Shown one piece after another: positions 28,277-37,692 of a DNA stretch of 55,092 nucleotides. The notes beneath the pieces were generated by a model, which searched no databases, was not told the DNA's origin, and was given only the letters and a program-made list of their open reading frames with translations. The first letter of the stretch is position 1; each line of letters starts with the position of its first letter. This DNA comes from Myxococcales bacterium UBA4248 (lineage in GTDB: Bacteria > Myxococcota_A > Bradymonadia > UBA4248), in assembly GCA_002395385.1 (NCBI GenBank), contig DGWW01000224.1:1-55092 (forward strand). Reading direction: 5' to 3'. Position numbers and translations under genes: made by a program.

Positions 28277-29776
28277 TTAAACCGGATATCCCAGCTTGAT
28301 AGCCACCTCGCGGCAACACCAAAACCCGCGTTTTCCGCTATTTTCACAACTGTAAAATTTGGCATCATAATCCTTCAGTACACGGCTGATGGATTTCCGA
28401 GATTTCGTCATCCCAAGCTTTAAGGCTGCATCCTGGAGGTCCTTTAACTGGATTTCTTCCCCCCAGAGTATGAGAAATGCGTGGACCATTTCTGCCAGAT
28501 TCTTAAAAGAATCCTTATCCGGATGAATTATTTTATAACTTGCAATGACCGCTTCGAGGCGCTCATTTTTTTGTTCCTCCGCAGAGAGATGGCTTTCGTC
28601 CGATGCAGCTTCACAGCGGTAAGATAGATCGATCTGAATGCCTTTTCTGGATTCGCTGACGCGCATGAGGCGCACAGATTCACCTTCATCACAAATCACA
28701 AGCTCATCGAGATGACGGATGAGAATGGTCATGACCTTTGCCTCATCAGCATCGCTGTTTCTGCCTGTCTCCATTAAGTCTTCGAGTGCGATGGGCACAC
28801 CCGAAAGTACTATTTTTTGCATGATGGCTTCATCTAAACGGATATCACCCTGACCACGGCGCTTGGGTTTCGATGTCAATATTTGTACCATACTTACAAT
28901 ATATTCCTGATCCATTGTGATCAATTTTCTTAGCAAATACACGCTTTCAGCAGACTCAGATTCATTCACATCTTCTGAATTATATGCCGAAATGATGCGT
29001 GCCAAAAGCATCGTGGCTTCATTGAATGATTCCCCCTTCAAGTTTTTGCAAAAAGCACTATATAATAGATGCGTTTTTTCCCAGCTGTCATCCGCCGGCA
29101 AATAAGGATAAAACAGCATGAGCAGATCATCATGCGCACTGCGTTCGCCATACCCCTTGTGCATCGATGCGTAGACGGGTTCGAGAATATCGAACAGTTC
29201 GCCATCCAGCCGGCCGATGCGCAGACTGCCGCCTTTATGCTCGCGCCCAAACAGAACAGCCAGAATTTGTATATCATTTAATCCAAAGAAAACCTGAAGT
29301 ATCATCCTGAATTTTTCGAACGAAACCCAGCCCCATGCCGAAACCAGCAGGAACGCTTTATCGGCAACCGATGCATGGACAAAGGCATCGCAGTGAGACA
29401 TCATCCGCAGCGTTTCCCAAACACCCCCTGCTTCGCAAATGTTGCCGCCCAACGCTTCGTCAGACGAGATAACACTCTGACACAGCTCATCGATATGCAC
29501 GATGAGATCATTATAAGGATTGTTCCACACATCTTCGATAACCTCCTGAGTGACAGAATTTCTAAGAAGAATCATGAGTGCAGCGTTTTGGGGGTTGCAT
29601 TTCTGCAATTCAAACAAGGATATATTCCTGAGCTGCTTTCGAAGTGTATCCACATCCATCATAGAGTTGCCGGATGATTCTTCATCTTCCCGCTGCATTG
29701 CTAACAAGTTCGATAGATTGGTCGCAACGCGATGACGTCCCATTTCATAAAGTATCTTTGACCATGCATTCATCAA
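28277..29776 (-). CDS. Hypothetical 499-aa protein with a C-terminal wHTH-like domain
   Basis: Long ORF with coding-like composition. HTH-like segment DLQDAALKLGMTKSRKSISRVLK plus a wing. I recognise no other domain. Confidence 0.6.
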   Translation of the reverse strand: MMNAWSKILYEMGRHRVATNLSNLLAMQREDEESSGNSMMDVDTLRKQLRNISLFELQKCNPQNAALMILLRNSVTQEVIEDVWNNPYNDLIVHIDELCQSVISSDEALGGNICEAGGVWETLRMMSHCDAFVHASVADKAFLLVSAWGWVSFEKFRMILQVFFGLNDIQILAVLFGREHKGGSLRIGRLDGELFDILEPVYASMHKGYGERSAHDDLLMLFYPYLPADDSWEKTHLLYSAFCKNLKGESFNEATMLLARIISAYNSEDVNESESAESVYLLRKLITMDQEYIVSMVQILTSKPKRRGQGDIRLDEAIMQKIVLSGVPIALEDLMETGRNSDADEAKVMTILIRHLDELVICDEGESVRLMRVSESRKGIQIDLSYRCEAASDESHLSAEEQKNERLEAVIASYKIIHPDKDSFKNLAEMVHAFLILWGEEIQLKDLQDAALKLGMTKSRKSISRVLKDYDAKFYSCENSGKRGFWCCREVAIKLGYPV

Positions 29777-29840
29777 TATTCCCTCCGTGCTATGTCAACG
29801 TGAAACATTCACCGAACACGCCTCATTTAGTAAAAAAATT

Positions 29841-29865
29841 GATCCGTTGCAATAGATCTTTGATC
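29841..29865. promoter_or_regulatory. GATC triplet upstream of the 499-aa gene
   Basis: attGATCCgttgcaataGATCtttGATCaccg lies 65-90 nt upstream of the start. The TGATCC word matches the 28-kb array. Confidence 0.45.
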
Positions 29866-30372
29866 ACCGTAAAACGCGCCAAATATGGCTATTTTTACCG
29901 ATCTTACTCCCGTTTTTCGTCTAGGTTCTTAACATCCATGATATTAAAATATGCATATTAACAGCTATATATCTGATATATCTAAATTAAAGATACATGG
30001 CGATCTTTATTAAAGTCTAGACGATAGGGCTAAAACTCGATGTATTCTGCCGGATCTTTTTTTTTACCTCTGTTTCAAGCTTGTGAAAATTTTGTCCGTT
30101 GTCCATTCAATTCCGGTCTGGCACCTGGTCTTGGGTTGGTGTTTAATCCCACGATGTGATGTAAAAGAGCGTTATTCCTTGCACATTATCGTTGCATTGC
30201 TCAAAAAAGAGGGTAATTTGTCGATCCACGCGTTCTTCATCTTTCGGAAGTGAAGAATAGGCGTGCCGAAATCGCACTCAATGCAATCCAAAGCCTGCGT
30301 CAACCTTTTGCTCCCCAAAACCTGTACAGGATTCTTAGTCCAATTGCGTATAATTCACTGATCTTTTAAGAA

Positions 30373-30440
30373 GCGCGTGCTATTTGCCTGCGGCAAATAC
30401 GCCCTGCGCCGCGCGGCTATCTGCAATACGCCGCGCAGTC
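30373..30440. repeat. Two TAT-stem-ATA REP units
   Basis: gtgcTATTTGCctgcGGCAAATAcgc and gcggcTATCTGCaATAcgccgc. Confidence 0.75.
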
Positions 30441-30470
30441 TTTTGATGTTCCGTACTCCAAGGAAAAAGA

Positions 30471-31637
30471 ATGTTCGATAAACTTGTTCAAACGCCCTAT
30501 GAAAAAATGATCGTTGCCTGTCTGACGGCGCGCGAAGCTGCTGACCTCGAGAACATTCATGCGCTTTACAAGCAGTGCCAGGAACAACGGCTGTTTACCT
30601 TTGCACAGGAACACGAATGCACATCGATCGTGGCAGCCAGGCTGCAGGCATTGGGCAAATCGAGCATTCGATGGGACACTGCGCTCGACGAATGGAAATA
30701 CCGCCTCAGCCAGCGTTTTGAAGTTCTCGATAACCTTGCAGCGGCGCTCAAAGCCGAAAATATACCGCTGATTGCGCTCAAGAATGCCGGCATAGCCCGA
30801 GGGATTTATCCGCACCCTGAAGAATGCCCGATGGGGGATTTCGATGTGCTCGTAAAGAAGTCGGACTTTGAACGCGCCCACGAAATCGTCATGCAGCAAG
30901 GCTTTGAACTTGGCTTCCGTGCAGCCGAAACCATAGAGGAAGAGGGCGTCCAGGCCGGCCTCATCAGTGGCGGTACCGAATACAAAAAAGATCTGGCTGA
31001 TGATATTTTGTGGCTCGAGCTGCAATGGCGTCCGGTTGCTGGGCGTTGGATCGCGCCCGAAGTCGAACCGATCGCCGACGATCTCTTCGAAACTTCCATT
31101 CCAATCGAGGGCACCGACGTGCGACTGATGGATCCGGTGTCGAATCTGCTTCAGGTCTGTCTGCATACGGCCAAGCATTCGTATGTGCGAGCCCCCGGAT
31201 TGCGGCTGCACACCGATGTCGACCGCATTGTACGCGCCTATCCCAAACTCGACTGGGATGCTTTTATTGACCGTGCCCGTGCCATGCGCGTGACGGTATC
31301 GGTTTACTTTTCTCTGGTCATTCCTGCAGAATTGCTGGGAACGCCCATCCCCGAATCAGTTCTACGCTGCCTCGAGCCGCCCAAGTGGCAAAAAGACTTC
31401 CTGTTCAAATCAATCGCCAAAGCCGGGCTTTTCCATCCTCTGGAACATAAATTCTCTCGTCCGAAATACCTGGCATTTGCGGCCATGCTCTTCGATTCCC
31501 CGAAAGCATGTTTTAAATCGGCATTCCCTTCCCCGGAATATATGAAAAAGTTATATCATTTAACATCAGGCAGGCAGCTGCCTGCCTGTTATGCCAAACG
31601 ATTTTTCAATCTCATTTTTAAACGGGTCAAGGTGTGA
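30471..31637 (+). CDS. Nucleotidyltransferase-family protein (uncharacterised NTP_transf_5-like)
   Basis: GDFDVLVKKSDFERAHEIVMQQGFE and the overall layout resemble the 'uncharacterised nucleotidyltransferase' family. Recall-based. The stop overlaps the next start (GTGA). Confidence 0.5.
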   Translation: MFDKLVQTPYEKMIVACLTAREAADLENIHALYKQCQEQRLFTFAQEHECTSIVAARLQALGKSSIRWDTALDEWKYRLSQRFEVLDNLAAALKAENIPLIALKNAGIARGIYPHPEECPMGDFDVLVKKSDFERAHEIVMQQGFELGFRAAETIEEEGVQAGLISGGTEYKKDLADDILWLELQWRPVAGRWIAPEVEPIADDLFETSIPIEGTDVRLMDPVSNLLQVCLHTAKHSYVRAPGLRLHTDVDRIVRAYPKLDWDAFIDRARAMRVTVSVYFSLVIPAELLGTPIPESVLRCLEPPKWQKDFLFKSIAKAGLFHPLEHKFSRPKYLAFAAMLFDSPKACFKSAFPSPEYMKKLYHLTSGRQLPACYAKRFFNLIFKRVKV

Positions 31638-32335
31638 ACGAAAAAATCCTCGTCGTCGAAGATGATCGTGCCATTGCTGCAGGGCTAGTGCACAATCTGG
31701 AATACGAAAAATATGAAGTCCGCCATGCCAGTCATGGGCAAGCAGCCATTCCTGTATACGAGGAATTTCAACCCGATCTCATCATTCTGGATGTCATGCT
31801 TCCCGGCAAATCGGGTTTTGATATTTTAAAGGAATTGCGCCAGAAAGGCTCTGATGTGCATGTCATCATTCTATCTGCACGAACGAACGAGTCAGACAAG
31901 GTCGAAGGTCTAAAACTCGGTGCCGATGATTATGTTTCCAAACCCTTTAGCCTGCGGGAATTACTGGCACGCATCGAAGCAGCCATGCGGCGCATCCGAA
32001 CACGAAAAGCCGATGATAGCAAAGTCATTCGCTGCCATGATTTGGAAATCTACCCACTCGAAAAAAACATCTTCAAAAATGGCACCCCCATTAAACTAAC
32101 GCCCAAAGCCACAGAATTGCTCATCTTTTTTGCAAAGCACCCCAATCGTATCTATTCTCGTGAAGACCTCATTACCAACCTTTGGTGCGGTGAATACGAA
32201 GGAACTGCGCGCACCATCGACAATTTCGTCCTCCAGATTCGAGGACAAATTGAAGAGAATCCGGGAAAACCTCAAATTTTGGAAACGGTCCATGGCATGG
32301 GGTACCGATTTTTGCGTTCAGATCACTCTACATAA
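31634..32335 (+). CDS. OmpR-family response regulator
   Basis: Receiver motifs VVEDD, IILDVMLPG and VSKPF, plus the winged-helix C-terminus TVHGMGYRF. GTG start. No histidine kinase is adjacent. Confidence 0.9.
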   Translation: MNEKILVVEDDRAIAAGLVHNLEYEKYEVRHASHGQAAIPVYEEFQPDLIILDVMLPGKSGFDILKELRQKGSDVHVIILSARTNESDKVEGLKLGADDYVSKPFSLRELLARIEAAMRRIRTRKADDSKVIRCHDLEIYPLEKNIFKNGTPIKLTPKATELLIFFAKHPNRIYSREDLITNLWCGEYEGTARTIDNFVLQIRGQIEENPGKPQILETVHGMGYRFLRSDHST

Positions 32336-32413
32336 AAACATCCGGCATCATCGTCTATTGTTATCGATAAACGGGATTTTTTCATTGTTTTACCTTGACT
32401 CGGGCAGCCTCGA

Positions 32414-34396
32414 TCATTCTACATAAAGACAGCCTGAATTTCCGTCACATTCAGAAGTCGCACAATACTCGATGTATTCAACGCGAACGACATCAAGAGA
32501 GGCTGAATTGTCTTTGCGCACATAACATTTCTGGTTTTCCTGATAAAATGTCTTGTTCGTCACACTATTCGTCGCACAAAATGTCTGGCTTTCGACCGAT
32601 CCCGTCACAGGCCAGCCACACCAGGTATTCTCCCCATCCGTCACGCAGACCTGATTCTCCGGGCATCGCCCAGGATTGGTCTGAGTGCAATTATCGAGAA
32701 TAGCATTATTGGAGCAATCCGGTCGATCTGCTTTGGAAATGCATCGTGTACCAGCAGGATTACAGCCTCCGTTGCACGCCTCACCGTATGTCTGACGATA
32801 ATAGAGTTTGCCGTCATCGAAGCGCTTGCAGGTCTTTGCGTAATTGATGGCAGTAAACCCATCCACAACCGGCATATTCATACACAAATCCAGACGTTCA
32901 CCTTCATTTTTACAGGGTTCTGCGCATAAAACATCGCCATTATCTATGGCACACGTCCATGCCTCGCCAAACACCTCCGCACAGTCATAGGTAAAGTCTT
33001 TACCATGGCAATAGTGCACTTTGGTGCCATCACATGTATTCGGAACATTCGTACAGTCGTCGCGATAATGCCCCCCGCCGACCTCGATAATTTCATCGCA
33101 CCCTTCCTCGGGAGTGCATGAATTCCTGCACAAATAGCGCTCATGCGGAATGAATGCATACTGACCGTTAGATATGGTCTGGCATCCACCGGTAAATGCA
33201 CGATGGTAGGGATAGTGATTTTCGCACATGTAGGGTTTTGGGTCGTCCGGATCGCATCCACCTATACAGTAATACGTATATGCCGAGGAGGTTTCGACAC
33301 AAATGCCGATATCGAACAGGGAACCGCAAACCTCGTACTGATAGGAGGAGGCAACGGGGTCACAAACATTATGCGTTGCACGCGGATCGTTGAATGGCTT
33401 GTTGGCATCTTCACAAATCTCATCGACACAGGCAAATCCCGGAGGACAATGATAATCCATGAAGTGTCCATCGACGCATTCCATAATGGTTTCGGCATCA
33501 CGGCATTCGGATGCACCATTGCACGTTCTGAGCGCATCCTGACAGAAAGCGCCGAAACATCCCTCTGCACAGGGAACCGTCGCCCACCCATGTCCCATGC
33601 ATTTAAAACCGTGCTCGCTGTCTTTGCATCCACCTGCGCCAGAGGGGCATTCGTAATTTTCATCCTCCGAAATGCATTCGCCATTCTGACAGCGGTATTC
33701 GCATTCCATATCGACCCAGAACCCCGCATCGCAATAATGCAAAGTCGTCTCACTGATACAGTATGCCACGCCGGGGCTGCATTCTGGAATCGGTTCGGGA
33801 ATGCATTGCCCATCCTTACAGAGATAATCACATTTTTCGGTATAAAGCTCTGCATACTGGCAATACTGCCGAGTCCAGGGATCTAGACATTGCGAGGCAC
33901 CTTCCTCGCAAGGCGGCAATGGCGTAATACATGCCCCATCGACGCAAATCCCTGTATCACAGACTGCCGTCTGCCATTTTTCATTTTCACAGTACTGGCG
34001 TGTATCAGACGAGATGCAGAATGGTGGTTCATTGGTACATTCGGGAGGCGGAACAAAACAGGCATTCTCGGCACACCCAAATTCACAGGGAGTATAAACC
34101 CATTTTCCCTCCGTGCAGACGAGCAAAACCAGGTTGTCCAGGCATCTGGTATCCCCATCATCACAGAACTCCTCAGGGCCATAGCAAACACCATTCTGGC
34201 AGCCTCCCGGACACAGCAGAATTTCCTGTTTTCCCTCCGAATTACAATAGTAAAACATTGTACCTTTAGAATTGCACTGTTCGACGCATGGCGGACATTC
34301 ATCCCCCCTGCATGGCAGCTGGGTTGTATGAACGGACTCCCGGCATCCAAAAGATATAAAACTCAATACAGCAATCACTAAATAAGACTTTTTCAT
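32414..34396 (-). CDS. 660-aa cysteine-rich lipoprotein
   Basis: Lipobox SFISFGC, followed by many C-x-x-G-x-C-x-x-G-x-C type modules. I recognise no catalytic motif. Confidence 0.65.
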   Translation of the reverse strand: MKKSYLVIAVLSFISFGCRESVHTTQLPCRGDECPPCVEQCNSKGTMFYYCNSEGKQEILLCPGGCQNGVCYGPEEFCDDGDTRCLDNLVLLVCTEGKWVYTPCEFGCAENACFVPPPECTNEPPFCISSDTRQYCENEKWQTAVCDTGICVDGACITPLPPCEEGASQCLDPWTRQYCQYAELYTEKCDYLCKDGQCIPEPIPECSPGVAYCISETTLHYCDAGFWVDMECEYRCQNGECISEDENYECPSGAGGCKDSEHGFKCMGHGWATVPCAEGCFGAFCQDALRTCNGASECRDAETIMECVDGHFMDYHCPPGFACVDEICEDANKPFNDPRATHNVCDPVASSYQYEVCGSLFDIGICVETSSAYTYYCIGGCDPDDPKPYMCENHYPYHRAFTGGCQTISNGQYAFIPHERYLCRNSCTPEEGCDEIIEVGGGHYRDDCTNVPNTCDGTKVHYCHGKDFTYDCAEVFGEAWTCAIDNGDVLCAEPCKNEGERLDLCMNMPVVDGFTAINYAKTCKRFDDGKLYYRQTYGEACNGGCNPAGTRCISKADRPDCSNNAILDNCTQTNPGRCPENQVCVTDGENTWCGWPVTGSVESQTFCATNSVTNKTFYQENQKCYVRKDNSASLDVVRVEYIEYCATSECDGNSGCLYVE

Positions 34397-34498
34397 TTCT
34401 TTACCATGGCTCAGGCATCAAAGAGCAATATCCGCCGATATTTTAACAACTTTTATTTGTGAATGCACCAACAAAGCATGCATAAAAAGCACGGCAAG

Positions 34499-34575
34499 GC
34501 GTATTGGCAAGGGGCAAGTCCCTTGCCAATAGCCGGCCGCGATGCCGCGCGTATGCCAAAGGCATAGCGCGGCCA
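34499..34575. repeat. Two TAT-stem-ATA REP units
   Basis: gcgTATTGGCAAGGGgcaagtCCCTTGCCAATAgcc and gcgcgTATGCCaaaGGCATAgcgcg. Confidence 0.8.
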
Positions 34576-34679
34576 CATAAACAGAACGTATCCATACGTC
34601 GATTTTATCGTCTGATTCTGTTAGAATGTATGAGACTGCAGAGGTCACTATGACAATGAATGATTGAGGAGAAACAGCC

Positions 34680-36161
34680 TTGTCAAAAAGAAGTCGCATG
34701 CACAATTTTATCTTGCAGGAATTCGAGGTGAGCATTGACGATATCAGCTCACGTGGATGGGGGCGCGGGAGTTTTTTAAATGAGGAAGGCAAAGAAATTC
34801 CGGTCGAAGTCAAGGGCGCGATCCCCGGTGACGTCGTCATTGCCCAGGGGCGGCGCATCGAAGATTCGCGGCTTCAATGTGTGCTCGTCAGGATTTTGTC
34901 GCATGAATTCGAGCGCATCCCCATCGATTGTCCGCACGCCAAAGAACGCTGCGACAAAGACACCGGATGCGGGGGATGCACGCTGCGCCACTGTGCCTAC
35001 GAAACGCAGTGCCAGATCAAGCAGGGCATTCTCGAGCGTCTGCTCAAACGCGAGGGGATAGCCAAACAGCCAAATGCCATTTTGCCATGCGATTCACAGC
35101 AGTATTATCGCAATAAGATGGAGCTCTCATTCGGGCCCTACGGGGATGGCGAGATGGGATTGGGACTGCATCCATCGGGATTCAAGCACGAAGTTATTTC
35201 GATGAAGTGGTGCGATATGCTTTCGCCGCTTTTGCCGGAACTCGCCCAAAAGACGCTGGCCTGGGCGCAGAATTGCGGCGTCGGGCATTACATTTATCGC
35301 GAAAACCATGGCTTTCTGCGGCTTTTGACGCTTCGCGAGGGCAAGCGCACCGATTCGAACATGGTGATTCTGACGACGACCGGCGAGGATATGGTCGAAA
35401 CCAAAGACGGACCGAAGGCGGCGCGCGAGGTGATCGACGATTTTGCCCGAAATGTGCTCCAGCAACTGAGCCACAAAGTCGATACTTTTTACTGGACGGC
35501 AATTTTTGCACAGAAGGGTCACCAGACCCGCAACGAGGACACGTTGATTTTCGGTCCGCCGGTGCTGCACGAAAAGATGCTCATGCCTGATGAAGCGCAT
35601 GCCCTTCACTATGAAGTTCTGCCGAGGGCGTTTTTTCAGCCGAACACCGTGCAGGCTGAGCGTCTTTATCGCGTCGTACTTGACTTTGCCGCGCCCTACA
35701 TGTCGCCCGACACCCCGATGCTCGACCTGTACTGCGGGACGGGGACGATTGCCCTGAGTTTTGCGCGCTACGGACACAAGGCCATTGCTGTTGATATCGA
35801 AAAACAGGCCATCGAGAATGCCAGGGAGAACGCCCGCATCAATGGTCTCGAGGATAAAATCGAGTTTTATGCCGGAGATACGGCAGATATTTTAAAGGAA
35901 TTGCTCGACAACAAAGCAGATTTTAAGGATTTCCTGTTGGTCGTCGATCCGCCGCGTCGCGGGCTGCTGCCGACGGCTTACCGTCAGATCATGCGCTTCA
36001 AGCCCAAGACTATTATTTATGTGTCGTGCAACCCCGAATCGCTGGCGCAGGATTTAAAGAAATTCGAATACGATGGTTATACTATCGAGGCGATTCAGCC
36101 GGTCGACATGCTGCCGCAGACGGCACATCTGGAAACGGTCGCATTGTTAATTCGCAATTAG
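34680..36161 (+). CDS. RumA/TrmA-family 23S rRNA (uracil-C5)-methyltransferase
   Basis: TRAM-like N-terminus, a Cys cluster (CPHAKERC...CGGCTLRHC), the SAM motif DLYCGTGTIAL, plus VDPPRRG and YVSCNP. TTG start 9 nt after GAGGAG. Confidence 0.85.
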   Translation: MSKRSRMHNFILQEFEVSIDDISSRGWGRGSFLNEEGKEIPVEVKGAIPGDVVIAQGRRIEDSRLQCVLVRILSHEFERIPIDCPHAKERCDKDTGCGGCTLRHCAYETQCQIKQGILERLLKREGIAKQPNAILPCDSQQYYRNKMELSFGPYGDGEMGLGLHPSGFKHEVISMKWCDMLSPLLPELAQKTLAWAQNCGVGHYIYRENHGFLRLLTLREGKRTDSNMVILTTTGEDMVETKDGPKAAREVIDDFARNVLQQLSHKVDTFYWTAIFAQKGHQTRNEDTLIFGPPVLHEKMLMPDEAHALHYEVLPRAFFQPNTVQAERLYRVVLDFAAPYMSPDTPMLDLYCGTGTIALSFARYGHKAIAVDIEKQAIENARENARINGLEDKIEFYAGDTADILKELLDNKADFKDFLLVVDPPRRGLLPTAYRQIMRFKPKTIIYVSCNPESLAQDLKKFEYDGYTIEAIQPVDMLPQTAHLETVALLIRN

Positions 36162-36271
36162 GCATGCGCTTTTTTTAGTGTCGTTGCGATCAAATCATGC
36201 TATGGTAAAGTGTTATCATGTCCAGGGAGTCATGATTTTATTGATATGTACGTTCTTGATAAATAAGACTT

Positions 36272-37654
36272 ATGGAAAGTAAATTCATTCCAACGCTTCA
36301 GGTTGGTAACGGCTATACCTATTTAAAGCTCAAGGGCATTCTCGATGAAGACAATCTGCTCAACAATCTGCTATCGCAGATACAGGGTCGTCTTTTGCTC
36401 ATCGATATGGCCGAAATGGAGCGCATCAATTCCTGCGGCGTACGCGACTGGGTCAACTGGCTCAACCAGATACAGGCACTCGGCATTGCAGTCATATTGC
36501 TAAAATGTTCCCCCGTGATTGTCTCTCAGGCGAACATGGTGGCGAATTTTGCATCGGATGCTTTTATCCATAGTTTTTATGCGCCCTATATTCATCCGGA
36601 TACAGGCGAGGAACAGAATGTCCTGCTCTTTACAGAGGAAATTCGCCAGAATCAGCCCATCAAGGCACCCAAGATTTTCAATGAAAACGGCGACGAACTT
36701 GAGTTTGACGAATTTGAGGAATCGTTTTTTGCCTTTATCAATGACAAACGTCAGCTGTCCTATCAGATTCCGTCGGACATCCAGGCTGTCATTGAATATT
36801 TTCTCCCCGAGGCCAAGACACGCCAGCCTGTCGTACAAAACAAAGCCAATGTGACACAGCAGCAAATGCAGCAGTCGTATTCATCGCCCAAGATGATGAA
36901 TGCGGGGCCTGCGTATGCCAATGCCTATGCTCAGCAAAACATGGGTGGATTTGGGCAAAACAATGCCTATGCTCAGCCCAATCCCTATGCATCTCAACAG
37001 CAGCCTGCAGCCAATCCGTATGCCCCCAAAAATCCGTATGCCTCACAACAGGCACCGGCAGCAACACCTTATGCCAAGCCGAATCCCTACAACCTCCAGG
37101 AGACAATCGACTTAAAAAATCATAAAAACAGTGTTGGTGGGGCAGCAAATCAAAGCGGTTCCAAACCCAATCCATTCCCCAAACAGGTATCCCGGCCGAT
37201 TCCCCAACCGCAGCAGCCCATTCGCCACGAACAGCCGCCCTTGCCTGGACAGGGCATTGCCCACCCGGCCCCCTACCCTGCCTCTGCGCCAAAGGCTGCC
37301 CCCAAAGCCGCTGCACACCCCGTACCTCGTCCCGACCCCGTACCGCCACCCTCCGACGAATCCTCGCCAATCCCCGAGGAACACGAGAATCCCGGTATTG
37401 GTATTCCTGCATATTCCGAACCAAGACCAGCACCAGAGCCGATTTCACCATTGGCTGCACAAGCTCAGGCTTCACAGCAAATTCGCTTGCCACAGGCCAA
37501 CCAGAAGACCATTCAATCGCAAGAATCCTGGCTTCCCCCCGCGCCCTTCGAACCCGAAGACAAAAAACGCCGCGCCATCATTTGGGGGCTCATTTTAGGG
37601 ATAGCAGCTCTCGTCATTGTGCTCATCATCGTCTTGTGTATCAAACATCTCTAA
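36272..37654 (+). CDS. Tail-anchored protein: STAS-like N-domain, Gln/Pro/Asn-rich repeats, C-terminal TM helix
   Basis: The N-terminal ~110 aa resemble the anti-sigma-antagonist (STAS) fold (YLKLKGILDEDN...ERINSCGVRDWVNWL). NPYA(S/P)QQ-type repeats follow. The final helix is AIIWGLILGIAALVIVLIIVLCI. Confidence 0.55.
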   Translation: MESKFIPTLQVGNGYTYLKLKGILDEDNLLNNLLSQIQGRLLLIDMAEMERINSCGVRDWVNWLNQIQALGIAVILLKCSPVIVSQANMVANFASDAFIHSFYAPYIHPDTGEEQNVLLFTEEIRQNQPIKAPKIFNENGDELEFDEFEESFFAFINDKRQLSYQIPSDIQAVIEYFLPEAKTRQPVVQNKANVTQQQMQQSYSSPKMMNAGPAYANAYAQQNMGGFGQNNAYAQPNPYASQQQPAANPYAPKNPYASQQAPAATPYAKPNPYNLQETIDLKNHKNSVGGAANQSGSKPNPFPKQVSRPIPQPQQPIRHEQPPLPGQGIAHPAPYPASAPKAAPKAAAHPVPRPDPVPPPSDESSPIPEEHENPGIGIPAYSEPRPAPEPISPLAAQAQASQQIRLPQANQKTIQSQESWLPPAPFEPEDKKRRAIIWGLILGIAALVIVLIIVLCIKHL

Positions 37655-37692
37655 ACAACAAAGGTTTCTCTTCATCAGGTTTTTAGTTCAGT

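Noticed and set aside
25804-30470. Prophage or integrative element annotation for the AT-rich island.
   Set aside because: I recognise no integrase, recombinase, terminase, capsid, tail or replication gene, and found no flanking direct repeats. Only the degraded Rpn-like gene at the left edge hints at mobility.
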